IMG/VR virus record: IMGVR_UViG_3300035698_018317
Span: 124,001 to 188,000 of that record
Reading direction: 5' to 3' (one strand)
Length of the DNA: 64,000 nt
Under the pieces are notes generated by a model that saw nothing but the letters and a program-made list of their open reading frames with translations, ran no database searches and was not told the DNA's origin. Of this stretch, positions 1 to 9,525 are shown in pieces (the stretch's first letter is position 1; every line of letters starts with the position of its first letter). Position numbers and translations under genes: made by a program.

Positions 1-580
1 TCTTGCCTTTTTTCATGTCTTTGTCAACCTTGTCCATCTTATCCATCTTATCTTCTTTAGAATCGGCCTTCTTGTCGTCCTTCTTATCGTCTTTTTTATC
101 GTCTTTCTTGGCTTTACCCTTTTTAGCGGACTTGCCACCTTTTTTCATGCCTTTTTTCTGCATTTCTAGGGCATCGCCTGAATCGTCATCAGAATCAATT
201 TCTGTTTCAGTTTCTTCTTCCTCGTCACCATCACCATCTTTTTTGATAACAGTTGTTTCTTCTTCTGAATCTTCCGAATCTTTTTCGGCATCTTCATCAG
301 CGTCCGGGTCTGCGTCTTTTACGGCGGTGGGGTCAACGATTTCACCGTCATCTTCGCCATCTTCGCTTTCACCATCTTCTTTTGGGATATCGACATCGCC
401 ATCCATCTTCTTTTTGAGTTTCTTTTTGGCTTCGTCTAATTTTGTTTTTAGCTTATCAAGCATTTCATCTTCGGTTGGCATATTGCTAACTAGCCCAATG
501 TTTTGAGGATTAGAAATACCCAAAGCATGAGTGACACCAACAGATTCGTTCATCAACTTCCAATTTTTATAAGAAAGCAT
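1..580 (-). CDS. Acidic then Lys-rich head scaffold/internal protein, runs off the window start (missed by ORF track)
   Basis: Manual translation MLSYKNWKLMNESVGVTHALG...LDEAKKKLKKKMDGDVD..., D/E-rich then KDDK repeats; GGAG SD at 587-590; the + strand Ser/Phe-rich ORF 3..506 is its shadow. Confidence 0.65.
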   Translation of the reverse strand, partial: MLSYKNWKLMNESVGVTHALGISNPQNIGLVSNMPTEDEMLDKLKTKLDEAKKKLKKKMDGDVDIPKEDGESEDGEDDGEIVDPTAVKDADPDADEDAEKDSEDSEEETTVIKKDGDGDEEEETETEIDSDDDSGDALEMQKKGMKKGGKSAKKGKAKKDDKKDDKKDDKKADSKEDKMDKMDKVDKDMKKGK

Positions 581-648
581 TTTTATCTCCTATTTTTTTT
601 AACGGTCCATAAAGGCCGACAACTTTTCTAACCTATATAGATTAGTTA

Positions 649-861
649 TTATAATTTTCCGAATTTCTTAAGTATTTGTTCTCTTCTTTTACGTTCTACA
701 TCTCTGCGTTTTCTATTTCGGCTTGAATTATTAATAGGAGTTGACCTGCTAGCACTTAAAATGGTATTACCTCTGCCTCTGCCGCTTCTGCCGCTACTAG
801 CGCTTTTTACGCTTCCGATTCTTTTTCTGGCACCGCCGCCTTTATTACATCCGCAACCCAT
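649..861 (-). CDS. Small basic Cys/Arg-rich protein (MGCGCNK...)
   Basis: ORF track; AGGAGG SD upstream. Confidence 0.6.
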   Translation of the reverse strand: MGCGCNKGGGARKRIGSVKSASSGRSGRGRGNTILSASRSTPINNSSRNRKRRDVERKRREQILKKFGKL

Positions 862-941
862 ATTTTCCTCCTACGATTTTTAGAAAGTCTAGTTCCAGTT
901 CGTGACTTCCTTTTCTTTTTATTTTTTCTTCCACAGCACAT
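807..941 (-). CDS. 44-aa basic peptide MCCGRKNKKKRKSRTGTRLSKNRRRKIWVAD...
   Basis: Manual translation; ATG preceded by CATATATT motif just after a terminator; overlaps next gene by 55 nt. Confidence 0.4.
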   Translation of the reverse strand: MCCGRKNKKKRKSRTGTRLSKNRRRKIWVADVIKAAVPEKESEA

Positions 942-962
942 AATATATGTAGTGATGTTAAA

Positions 963-991
963 TAAAAAAAACGCCCTCAAAAGAGGGCGTT
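963..991 (-). terminator. Intrinsic terminator
   Basis: AACGCCCTC-AAAA-GAGGGCGTT hairpin with U-tract on minus strand, after ORF 1017..1703. Confidence 0.8.
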
Positions 992-1016
992 AGTTTGAAG
1001 GCACGACTACGACGAT

Positions 1017-1703
1017 TTAACGATACATATTGTCCGGTATAAATCCTCTACTATCATCGAATGTGAATTTCTTATTACTTTCATAGCCGCCACAATCTTT
1101 CAGTGTGGGGATAAGAAATCTCTTGTTGGTAGGTCTATATCGCTCTTGAGAGAACTTCTCAACGGCTGTTTCAAATTTATGGTAGAATTTTCCCATTTTA
1201 ATAGATGTAATGTGATGAGGAAGATTCAAACACAAAATCTGGTTCTGAATGGTTTTTAATACCTCAGACGCTCTAACCTTTTTACGCCCTTTACCAACTT
1301 TACTAAAGTCAATAAACCACAAGAAAGAATCAGGGTCATACGTAAAAACAGGATTTTGAATTCCTGCGTCCCAATGACTATCAATAATATCCGTTATTTC
1401 AGATAGCCAAAGATTACGTTTTACTACAGAAACGTATTTTGCGTAATAATAATAAGCAAAGACGCTTCTGAAACTCATAATCAAGATATGCTTGTTTGCT
1501 TTCGTGTGCATATTATGACGGAGACAGAATGGACAATAGAAACGTTGGCCTGATAAACGCTCACACCACTTCCTTATCATAGGCAGCATTCCTACTTGTT
1601 TGCCACAAAAGCAACAAGAGTAATGAATGTGTTCTGACAATTCATCGGACTCGTTTTCTATTTCTTGTAATTGTATATTTTGACGGTCTATGGTTGTGCT
1701 CAT
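1017..1703 (-). CDS. Hypothetical protein with N-terminal Zn-finger (CCFC...CPFC)
   Basis: ORF track; two Cys pairs. Confidence 0.7.
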   Translation of the reverse strand: MSTTIDRQNIQLQEIENESDELSEHIHYSCCFCGKQVGMLPMIRKWCERLSGQRFYCPFCLRHNMHTKANKHILIMSFRSVFAYYYYAKYVSVVKRNLWLSEITDIIDSHWDAGIQNPVFTYDPDSFLWFIDFSKVGKGRKKVRASEVLKTIQNQILCLNLPHHITSIKMGKFYHKFETAVEKFSQERYRPTNKRFLIPTLKDCGGYESNKKFTFDDSRGFIPDNMYR

Positions 1704-1783
1704 TTTTTACACCAAAAAAAAATAAGTTTTTGTTCTACGCTCTCTATATAAGTTTGAACTATAGTTAGCAGTAGAGGATAATT

Positions 1784-2005
1784 ATGAAAACATTCTATCA
1801 ATGGGCTGAAGAAAATAAAATAGAGCTTCCCGTAATAACGACTGACGGTGAGGATGCCACGAGCGAAAACAGAGTCAGGACTGGTTATAGTGCAAACTAT
1901 CCACCTGCCTATGTTGCTGCTCAATATCCTCATCATTACTTCAATCCTGCCAAGGCCACAGCAGACCTTGATGCGGAACAAATGAAGAAAAAAGATAAGA
2001 AGTAA
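1784..2005 (+). CDS. Small putative head-internal protein (MKTFYQWAEE; Lys-rich C-terminus)
   Basis: GAGG SD; N-terminus resembles T4 capsid-targeting sequence. Confidence 0.65.
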   Translation: MKTFYQWAEENKIELPVITTDGEDATSENRVRTGYSANYPPAYVAAQYPHHYFNPAKATADLDAEQMKKKDKK

Positions 2006-2030
2006 GCTCTAAGAATATAAACTTCTAGAC

Positions 2031-2065
2031 AACAAGCCTGCATTTTGCGGGCTTGTTTTGTTTCT
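2031..2065. terminator. Intrinsic terminator between convergent genes
   Basis: AACAAGCCTGCA-TTT-TGCGGGCTTGTT followed by T-rich tract. Confidence 0.75.
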
Positions 2066-2067
2066 TT

Positions 2068-2493
2068 TTACGGGTTACCACCTATAGCGTTACCGCCCAT
2101 AGTTTGGGGGTCAGCTTTATCAATTCTACTCTTTTGGTCTTTCCTTGTAAGGCTTGAGTGCTTCTTTTGAGAGTTTTTAACCCGTTCCCAATATCCCCAG
2201 TTATCAGGGGTCGTGGGGCTATTAACAATCATTCCCGGTGCTCTGCGATGGTATTTTTGAATTATCTGTTCTATTCGCTCGGCAGTTAGCTTACTTTCTT
2301 TCCGAATAGCAGCTAAACTTCGCCATTCATATTTTTTATGTCTAGCTAAGGCTTTGAAAAAGCGTGACTCTTCATCACCTTCTGGCGTCCCTTGAGGGAA
2401 TACATTTGTCCATCGTGGCGGCGAATTTGTGAAATTTCCTAACATTATTACTCCATTATTACTACATAAAAGTATCTGGTTTATTTGTGCCAT
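2068..2493 (-). CDS. Hypothetical protein
   Basis: ORF track. Confidence 0.65.
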   Translation of the reverse strand: MAQINQILLCSNNGVIMLGNFTNSPPRWTNVFPQGTPEGDEESRFFKALARHKKYEWRSLAAIRKESKLTAERIEQIIQKYHRRAPGMIVNSPTTPDNWGYWERVKNSQKKHSSLTRKDQKSRIDKADPQTMGGNAIGGNP

Positions 2494-2553
2494 CTGGTAT
2501 ATCTACCAAGGAGAGTATAGCAAACTTGACAAAGAATGTAAAGGGAAGAAAAG

Positions 2554-2997
2554 ATGAGACACAGAAAAAAACTGAATCGCTACGAAAGACTTGAAGAAAA
2601 CAAGAAAAAAGTTGCTCAGGCTTTGAGTGGCAAAGGCTTATATGTATATCGGAATAACACAAAAGGAGAGTTGAATCTTGCTAAACCCGCCGAGGGTGGG
2701 CAAAAATTCGTCCAGCCGGGATGTGAGTTTACAGGTGATGATTACTTTATGTTTATGATAAAAGAAACGCACGAGGCAACATTAGTACGGACGATTGAAC
2801 AACCAAAGGAGATAATTATGGAGCAAAAATTAATAGTTGACCAGCCTGATTGTATTACAACAGAGGGGAAAGTTGAACATGTTATAGTTCAGCCGAAAGA
2901 CAAACCGCTTAATGAAGAAACCCCTGAATCGAATATTGGAGAAGATATTCTTCTTGTTGATGATGCCATGGATGGAATTGAAATTATCCTAGAATAG
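2554..2997 (+). CDS. Hypothetical protein
   Basis: ORF track; followed by terminator. Confidence 0.7.
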   Translation: MRHRKKLNRYERLEENKKKVAQALSGKGLYVYRNNTKGELNLAKPAEGGQKFVQPGCEFTGDDYFMFMIKETHEATLVRTIEQPKEIIMEQKLIVDQPDCITTEGKVEHVIVQPKDKPLNEETPESNIGEDILLVDDAMDGIEIILE

Positions 2998-3047
2998 AAT
3001 TTTAGGAAACAGGTTTTTCCTGTTGGTATTTAACATTTTAGCACTTA

Positions 3048-3080
3048 GAACCCGAGCATATACGCTTGGGTTCTTTTTTT
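3048..3080 (+). terminator. Intrinsic terminator
   Basis: AGAACCCGAGC-ATATAC-GCTTGGGTTCT then T-run. Confidence 0.8.
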
Positions 3081-3129
3081 AGCTTTACAACTAAGTGAGT
3101 TGACCTACAATAAATTTGTACAAAGTGGA

Positions 3130-3158
3130 TTGACCCTGTGCGAAAGTTTTGTTATTAT
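3130..3158 (+). promoter_or_regulatory. sigma70-type early promoter
   Basis: TTGACC-17 nt-TATTAT with TGn extended -10. Confidence 0.65.
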
Positions 3159-3214
3159 ACGAGCCAGTGGAATAATCCACAGCAGAAATAACCAGTAGAG
3201 AAAGGGTAGTAAAA

Positions 3215-3691
3215 ATGAAGGCACTCATTAAAGAAGGCAAACTAATAGGTACGTGTAGTGATGAAGACGCTGTTACGGCACTGGCTGATGGAACGGCAGA
3301 TTCAATACTAACTGTAGACCCCGCAGAAGTCGCCCAATTGTCAGGACGCCCTCTGACTCTCGGCCAAAGACTTCAAAGTAAAATCAACAGTATTGGTCGT
3401 GACTTAGATGAGAGTGCGACAGAACTTGTAAAAAAAGCACCGGGATTATGTGGTGCGGCAAAAGATAAAGTACTATCTTTCGCTGCGACAATTAAAAATA
3501 AAGGCGACGAAGCTTTGGCCCAGTTGCGTGTAGTTGCTCATGAACTGACGGCTCCTGAAGCTGAAGTCGAAGCTCCCGCTGAAGTTGAAGAAGCTCCTGT
3601 TGTTGAAGCTCCTGTTGAAGCACCCGCCGAAGAAGCTCCTGCCGCTGTTGAAGCGGTCGAAGTTGTAGAAGAGGAAATCCCCACAGAATGA
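3215..3691 (+). CDS. Hypothetical protein with acidic Ala/Glu/Pro-rich tail
   Basis: ORF track; overlaps next gene (ATGA). Confidence 0.75.
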   Translation: MKALIKEGKLIGTCSDEDAVTALADGTADSILTVDPAEVAQLSGRPLTLGQRLQSKINSIGRDLDESATELVKKAPGLCGAAKDKVLSFAATIKNKGDEALAQLRVVAHELTAPEAEVEAPAEVEEAPVVEAPVEAPAEEAPAAVEAVEVVEEEIPTE

Positions 3692-5031
3692 GTACATTAG
3701 TAGTAGAAGTTTGTAAAGTTAAGTCGGTAAGACCGCATCCAAATGCGGACAGATTGGCTATAGCTACGGTGAAAGCTTGGGAAACCTGCATTCAGTATGA
3801 CCCCGATACTAAGACAGCAGCGTTCAAGCCCGGAGAAAAGTGTATCTATTTCCCACCTGATTGCATTCTTCCTCCAGCACTAGCGAATAGTCCACATCAA
3901 GTATGCAAAACCAAAAATTGTAAAAATTACAATGTAGTTAAAAGTAAAGATTACAAAAATGGAATGTGCATATCTTGTGGGTTAACGATTAAGTTTATGG
4001 ATGTAACTCCGGGTAGACTCGGCGTAATGTCCTATTGTGCTGAATTGCCGAAACAAGCTGATGGAATTCGTAGCGAGGGTGGCCGTGTAAAAGCCACACG
4101 TTTGCGTGGTCGCCCTTCCTACGGGTTTATCATGAAGATTGATGAATCTAAGGGAGATGACCCATCTTGGAAAGTGGGTCAGGATGTAAAGGCTCATTTC
4201 AAAGTAAAGAAATGGGAACCACCTGAGAAGTCCACTGATGGAGATACAGCTACTCCTAATCCTCGTTTCCATAAATATACTGACATAGAAAATTACAATA
4301 ACTTTCCTGAAATCCTTACAGAAGGGGAAGAAGTAATTTTCACAGAAAAGATTCATGGAAAAAACTGTCGATTAGGTATGGTCTTAGATACGAATGAAAA
4401 AGGTGAAGCTGTATGGACGCCCATGTGCGGAAGTCATGCAGTAAGACGAAAGAAACATAGTCTCAAAAAAATCAAAAGAACGTTCTTGAAATCTGTGTTG
4501 GATTCTTTGAAATATGGAATAAGATTCAGAAAGCCTCCCAAATACACTATTGGCCCGATTTCAGAATTTTGGGGTTATATGACTCCAAAAATCGAAAAAA
4601 TGCTGGTTTGGTTAAGGGATGATTATGAGTGGGGAGAACCTATTTCCAGTATAATCCTGTTTGGAGAAATCTACGGGAAAGGCGTTCAAGATATGACCTA
4701 TGGCCACGCAAAACGTGGACTTAGATGTTTTGATATTGCTGTAAATAGGAAATACGTTAATTTTGAATTGAAAGAAAAATTCCTTAAGCAGTTTGAAGTA
4801 GAAATGGTTCCGATACTTTATCGTGGGCCGTTTACCAGAGAAATTCTTCAAAAACACGTCGATGGACCAACCACGATGTGTGCAAAGACATTGGCAGGGA
4901 AATTCTCTGGACGTGAAGGTGTGGTAATCACGCCTGTCAAAGAACGCCATAATCCTCAAGTAGGACGTGTTATTTTTAAGGCAATCTCCGCTGATTACCT
5001 TGCAAGAAAAAACCCCACTGACGGTCACTAA
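3688..5031 (+). CDS. ATP-dependent RNA ligase (Rnl2/DRB0094-like)
   Basis: N-terminal HPNADRL module; nucleotidyltransferase motifs TEKIHG, FGEIYG, FDI, REGVVI, KAISADYL. Confidence 0.9.
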   Translation: MSTLVVEVCKVKSVRPHPNADRLAIATVKAWETCIQYDPDTKTAAFKPGEKCIYFPPDCILPPALANSPHQVCKTKNCKNYNVVKSKDYKNGMCISCGLTIKFMDVTPGRLGVMSYCAELPKQADGIRSEGGRVKATRLRGRPSYGFIMKIDESKGDDPSWKVGQDVKAHFKVKKWEPPEKSTDGDTATPNPRFHKYTDIENYNNFPEILTEGEEVIFTEKIHGKNCRLGMVLDTNEKGEAVWTPMCGSHAVRRKKHSLKKIKRTFLKSVLDSLKYGIRFRKPPKYTIGPISEFWGYMTPKIEKMLVWLRDDYEWGEPISSIILFGEIYGKGVQDMTYGHAKRGLRCFDIAVNRKYVNFELKEKFLKQFEVEMVPILYRGPFTREILQKHVDGPTTMCAKTLAGKFSGREGVVITPVKERHNPQVGRVIFKAISADYLARKNPTDGH

Positions 5032-5051
5032 GAAAAAAAGGAAAAAAGATT

Positions 5052-5291
5052 ATGTTAAAAACGATTATAGGAATTATTGTTGCTGTTGCCATTGCTCTTG
5101 TTGCGCTGAAAGTTGTGTCGTTTGTTTTCGGAGTAATTGGACTTGGCCTGACAGTTGGAAAGATTCTGGCTGTGGGTCTGTCCCTTAGTAGAAATGGCTC
5201 TATCGGTTGGGGCATTGTCCACTTTTTCTGTGGCTGGCTCTATGTCGGCTATTGGGCCTTCACAGGTGGCACGAATAAGACAACCGCTTAA
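5052..5291 (+). CDS. Small membrane protein
   Basis: Hydrophobic segments. Confidence 0.6.
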   Translation: MLKTIIGIIVAVAIALVALKVVSFVFGVIGLGLTVGKILAVGLSLSRNGSIGWGIVHFFCGWLYVGYWAFTGGTNKTTA

Positions 5292-5302
5292 GGTAGAGAC
5301 AT

Positions 5303-5434
5303 ATGATACTACTAAAAATATTTGGAACTATAACAGCAGTAATTTTAATACTAGCTGCTGACCGCCATGAACTGTCCGAAGGGACTGCCCTTCTCTGTGC
5401 TGCGGTTTCGATAACAGCTATTTGGTGTAATTAA
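5303..5434 (+). CDS. 43-aa membrane peptide (MILLKIFGTITAVILILAA...)
   Basis: Manual translation; fills the gap and abuts the NUDIX start. Confidence 0.5.
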   Translation: MILLKIFGTITAVILILAADRHELSEGTALLCAAVSITAIWCN

Positions 5435-5860
5435 TTGAGCAACAAGAAGCATTCTGCTGGCGTTTTATTGTTTAAACAAAGTTCAGATGGCATTGTAGTT
5501 CTTATTGTGCATCCATCTGGCGACTATAACGCCAAAGCCGCTTGGAGCGTTCCAAAAGGACTGATAGATGATGGGGAAACCCCTATCATAGCAGGACGAA
5601 GGGAATTAAAAGAAGAGACTGGTGCAATAGCCCCAGATATTCTTATTCCTTTGGAAGACGTTCAATACAAGAGTGGAAAAAAAGTTACCTGTTTTGCGGG
5701 GCTGGCCGATTCTGAATATCAGCCAGCCCCAGCTTCATGGGAAGTAGATAAGGTAGAATTTGTTTCTCTTGATGAAGCTGAAAATTTATTACATTCGGCA
5801 CAACAAGAATTCATTCGAAGATTGAAAAAAGCTCTAAAATGGAAAGCATTTCTAGATTGA
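5435..5860 (+). CDS. NUDIX hydrolase
   Basis: Nudix box GLIDDGETPIIAGRRELKEETG; TTG start. Confidence 0.92.
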   Translation: MSNKKHSAGVLLFKQSSDGIVVLIVHPSGDYNAKAAWSVPKGLIDDGETPIIAGRRELKEETGAIAPDILIPLEDVQYKSGKKVTCFAGLADSEYQPAPASWEVDKVEFVSLDEAENLLHSAQQEFIRRLKKALKWKAFLD

Positions 5861-5870
5861 AGGTTCTAAA

Positions 5871-6596
5871 ATGAAATATGTTGGAATAAAAAATAGAGAT
5901 ATTGTTAAAGGCAACTTGGGTGGGGGCGTGGGCGATGCGGCTGAAGCGTTATCAATAGCTGACAACTTGAAAAAAAATGGGGTAACTCCTGTAATTATTG
6001 AAAAAGATGATTTCATTCACGTTGAACATAGAGTGCCAAAAAGGGCAGTCTATGCGGGAAGTTTTGACCCATTAACTTTTGGGCATCTTTGGGTAATCAG
6101 ATATGGTTTGTCGTTGTTTGATGAGCTAATTGTTGCCATTGCTGATAATCCCGAGAAAACATATACGTTCTCATTAGAAGAACGTATTGAAATGCTAAAC
6201 AAATCTTTGATAGATGAAGATGGTCTGTACCATAGCATATCCTATAGTGATACTGGGTCAATAAGGTGGCTTGGTTCTACTTTAGAAATATGTCATATTG
6301 GGAATAAATTTCTTATTGATTTTACTTCTCAAAAAGATGCTAGATTCATATTAAGAGGTCTTCGAAATGTAAAAGATTTTTCATCTGAATTAGAGATGGC
6401 TCATTTCAACTCAGACCCCGAAATGGGTAGAGCTATGATAAAAACTGTTTGGGCACCATGTCCTAAGAGGTTTACAGGATTAAGTTCTAGCTTCGTTAAA
6501 GGATTATGTGGTCCCGATTGCTGGGAAGAGCGAGTACAACAAATGGTTCCTCCTGTTGTTTTTGATAAATTAGTAGAATGGAAAAGTAAAGGATGA
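5871..6596 (+). CDS. coaD: Phosphopantetheine adenylyltransferase with N-terminal extension
   Basis: YAGSFDPLTFGH, TFSLEERIEML, ILRGLR, SSSFVK motifs. Confidence 0.85.
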   Translation: MKYVGIKNRDIVKGNLGGGVGDAAEALSIADNLKKNGVTPVIIEKDDFIHVEHRVPKRAVYAGSFDPLTFGHLWVIRYGLSLFDELIVAIADNPEKTYTFSLEERIEMLNKSLIDEDGLYHSISYSDTGSIRWLGSTLEICHIGNKFLIDFTSQKDARFILRGLRNVKDFSSELEMAHFNSDPEMGRAMIKTVWAPCPKRFTGLSSSFVKGLCGPDCWEERVQQMVPPVVFDKLVEWKSKG

Positions 6597-6608
6597 TGTC
6601 CTTAAGAT

Positions 6609-7412
6609 ATGAAATTTCCAAAAGAATTAACAAAACAATATTGGCCAAAAACCATACCTGTGACAACATTTGCATTTTCTAAAGTTTTTAAAAATAAAGG
6701 CATCCAAAAAGAACTTGATAGTTTTAATTTAGGATTACCAAAACCATATGGTGAACGAATTGTGCTTTCTAAAGAACAAGAATCTGAATTATTTCTCAAA
6801 TTCAATTATGCTAAATATCGAGCATCTTTAATAGTTCATAAGAGTACCATAAAAAAATGGTTAGCTAAAGCGACATATTATGAAGCTGTAATAGTGCATC
6901 ATAATATATCTTTAGCTTATAGTTGGGCTATAAAAAGTCACAAATTTGGAGCAAGAACAGAAATTAGTTTTATGGACGAAGATGAAGTTGAGGCCGAGGC
7001 TATTTTTGGTTTCTACAACGCCATAATAAAATTTGATGTAGACCGTGGTTTCAAATTTTCCACTTTTGCTAAATTTCCCATTCAAACCGCTGTATTTGGC
7101 CAAAGAAGAAAGAATGAAAAACATGACCATGCAGAATTGTTTACACGTAAAAACGAAGTCATCAAAGACAAAACAAATATCCCAAGAATTGATGCGGCAA
7201 TAGATGTTGAACAAATGGTGTTTAGCAATGATGAATTATTGAAAAGTGAACGTAATGTCTTGTCCAAATTATTTGGGCTAAGAGGTGGGGAAGTCAATTT
7301 GTTACGAGAAGTGGCAGATGAATTTGGTGTTACTAAACAAAGAATTCAACAAATTAAAGTACTTACCTTGAAAAAGATTCGTAATAAATTTGAGCAGGCG
7401 GCTATCCTATGA
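6609..7412 (+). CDS. sigma70-family RNA polymerase sigma factor
   Basis: Region 2 KFDVDRGFKFSTFA; region 4 HTH LREVADEFGVTKQRIQQIK. Confidence 0.88.
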   Translation: MKFPKELTKQYWPKTIPVTTFAFSKVFKNKGIQKELDSFNLGLPKPYGERIVLSKEQESELFLKFNYAKYRASLIVHKSTIKKWLAKATYYEAVIVHHNISLAYSWAIKSHKFGARTEISFMDEDEVEAEAIFGFYNAIIKFDVDRGFKFSTFAKFPIQTAVFGQRRKNEKHDHAELFTRKNEVIKDKTNIPRIDAAIDVEQMVFSNDELLKSERNVLSKLFGLRGGEVNLLREVADEFGVTKQRIQQIKVLTLKKIRNKFEQAAIL

Positions 7413-8125
7413 AAATTTATCATGGAACATCTCATTTAATAGCTCGTAGGGCTGCTTCTTTTGGATTAGTCCCTCAAGGTTTAAAAGGCAAAATGGGGCA
7501 ATTTAGCTCTCATCCAAACATGGCTTACCTTACAACAACATATGCTTTGCATTTTGCTTGTGTACCTTTAAATGGGGTTACACACATATCCCCTGAAGAA
7601 TCTAAAATTGCCGTAATAGAAATAGAAACAGATAAATTAGATAAAGAAAAACTATATCCAGATGAAAATTTCATTTGTGAAATTGTAAGAAGGCAAAACC
7701 CATTGCCTCCAACAGAAAATCACGAAAAAACACTTCATTCATATGTAAGGGCAAATTTGGATAGGTATCAAGGGTTTTGGTCAGAGTCTTTACAAATGTT
7801 GGGAAATATTTGCTATAAAGGCTTAGTTCCTGTTGATGCAATCACTCGATATGTTATGTTTGATTTATCAAAAAATAATGACTTGATGAATTTAGACCCT
7901 ATCACTTGCACAACAAATAATGCAATTGTTGGACAGTTCTATAAACAATTTATAGCTTGGTTATTTGATGAAGTCAGAGAGTTGCCACATGTTAAAGAAG
8001 CAATAGATATTCTTTCTCACATAGAAGATAAACAATCAGACATGGCAATTCATTTTAAAAAACAAATAGAATTATTCAAAAAGTTACAAAGAAAAAGAGA
8101 TGGAATAAAAATCATTAATCTATGA
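7409..8125 (+). CDS. ADP-ribosyltransferase-fold protein (YHGT type)
   Basis: IYHGT...AYLTT...VIEI...LYPDE pattern. Confidence 0.5.
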   Translation: MKIYHGTSHLIARRAASFGLVPQGLKGKMGQFSSHPNMAYLTTTYALHFACVPLNGVTHISPEESKIAVIEIETDKLDKEKLYPDENFICEIVRRQNPLPPTENHEKTLHSYVRANLDRYQGFWSESLQMLGNICYKGLVPVDAITRYVMFDLSKNNDLMNLDPITCTTNNAIVGQFYKQFIAWLFDEVRELPHVKEAIDILSHIEDKQSDMAIHFKKQIELFKKLQRKRDGIKIINL

Positions 8126-9218
8126 TTTTCTTTTTCTTCTTTTTCTTTTTGCCATATTTTTTATCTGTTTTATCGCCTTTGATTTTGACTTTGTGCATAG
8201 AAAAATTTTGAGGTCTATGTGCAGGGTCTTGGTCAGCATATAAGTCAACGCCCCACCCACCGCTTTCTTTTATGTTTGACTCAGACGCAACACGAAATCC
8301 TGCTTCGCTTCCACCTTTATGAGGTCTTTTTGCGTGGGCATCAACATCTATGAAATGTTGATACCTTTTGTTGTAATAATCTTGACCTAATTCGCCAGAA
8401 GAAGACCTTTCCAAAGCCTGTTTAACTTCATCTGGTGTCCATGTGGATTTTGTTTGTGGGTTTATTCTAGAGAATAAAGCATTAACATCAAACCCTTTTT
8501 TTCTCATTGTAGTTAACGTGCGTCTTCCGGCGACACCGTTCTGAATGACTTTTGATATTTCATTACGAATAAAACTTATTCTTCCTTTTTGAGTGTGTAC
8601 TATGGGATTTTTCCAATTCAACAAAATTCTTTCATTTATTTTTTTCCATAATTCACTATATCTACTTGGCTCCGACCACCACAACATGTTTGGATATAAA
8701 ACAGAATTCTTATTTGCATTAGAAAAAGAATATTCCATGATTTTTTGAACTTGTTGTTCTATTTCATTTTTAGATGTTTCGTAATTACTCCTGCCTGTGA
8801 CTGCCTTTTTAGATGTTTCCGTAGGTTCGATATCATCTCTTCTAGACATTTGTTTATTTGGAGAGAAGAACACAACATCCGGCTGCATGTTTTTAGGAAC
8901 TACTGTTTTCCCTCTTCCTGCTGGTCTATATTCTGGGTCTGATTGTTTTAATTTTTTAATAATACTATTAGCGGTAAATTTGGACATGGGTGTAAAATAA
9001 GGAATAGTTTTATTTGAATCATTAATTCCTCTTAAATCATATCCAAGCGATTTAAGCTTTTTAACGACTTCTCTCATTCCAGTATTTACTAGATAAGATT
9101 TAGGACCAACTCTGCCTGAAGATATATTTACTGATTGTATATCATCCCAACCAGCTTTTATCCTGCCATTAGCAGGATTAACTGCTTGGAATAAAAAATC
9201 ATTATATCTCATTTTCAA
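8115..9218 (-). CDS. Hypothetical basic protein with poly-Lys C-terminus
   Basis: ORF track. Confidence 0.75.
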   Translation of the reverse strand: MKMRYNDFLFQAVNPANGRIKAGWDDIQSVNISSGRVGPKSYLVNTGMREVVKKLKSLGYDLRGINDSNKTIPYFTPMSKFTANSIIKKLKQSDPEYRPAGRGKTVVPKNMQPDVVFFSPNKQMSRRDDIEPTETSKKAVTGRSNYETSKNEIEQQVQKIMEYSFSNANKNSVLYPNMLWWSEPSRYSELWKKINERILLNWKNPIVHTQKGRISFIRNEISKVIQNGVAGRRTLTTMRKKGFDVNALFSRINPQTKSTWTPDEVKQALERSSSGELGQDYYNKRYQHFIDVDAHAKRPHKGGSEAGFRVASESNIKESGGWGVDLYADQDPAHRPQNFSMHKVKIKGDKTDKKYGKKKKKKKKIID

Positions 9219-9282
9219 AGCAGTTGCCCAGCTTCTAGGGAGAAACTTCTTAATATAGTCTATTCAAGCCATTGTTTAAAAT

Positions 9283-9522
9283 TCATGCTGTCTCCTCACA
9301 ATTAATACTTTTTATACTATCACTGCCATCCCCATCCCATCCAAATGTTTTCATACTTGGAGATTTAGGGTCTACTACAATACTAAAAGAATGTCCACAA
9401 TTTCCATTGGTTTTTATGTAATTTAGCAAATCTTCAAGAGTATTATCTTGGTCATTACATTTTATAACTATGGTTTTGACTTTACTACTGCCTTCATTAA
9501 AATATTGTTCAAATGTTTTCAT
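9283..9522 (-). CDS. Small putative head-internal protein (MKTFEQYFNE)
   Basis: Capsid-targeting-like N-terminus. Confidence 0.7.
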   Translation of the reverse strand: MKTFEQYFNEGSSKVKTIVIKCNDQDNTLEDLLNYIKTNGNCGHSFSIVVDPKSPSMKTFGWDGDGSDSIKSINCEETA

Positions 9523-9525
9523 GAG

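Noticed and set aside
3-506. Ser/Phe-rich + strand ORF
   Set aside because: Antisense shadow of the acidic/Lys-rich minus-strand gene 1..580
3100-3128. Second TTGACC promoter (also TTGACA at 2525)
   Set aside because: No plausible -10 box at 16-18 nt spacing
7409-8125. Tpt1/KptA 2'-phosphotransferase call
   Set aside because: Has a YHGT ART-like lobe but lacks the N-terminal RNA lobe and R-x-x-QGHS motif; left as generic ART-like
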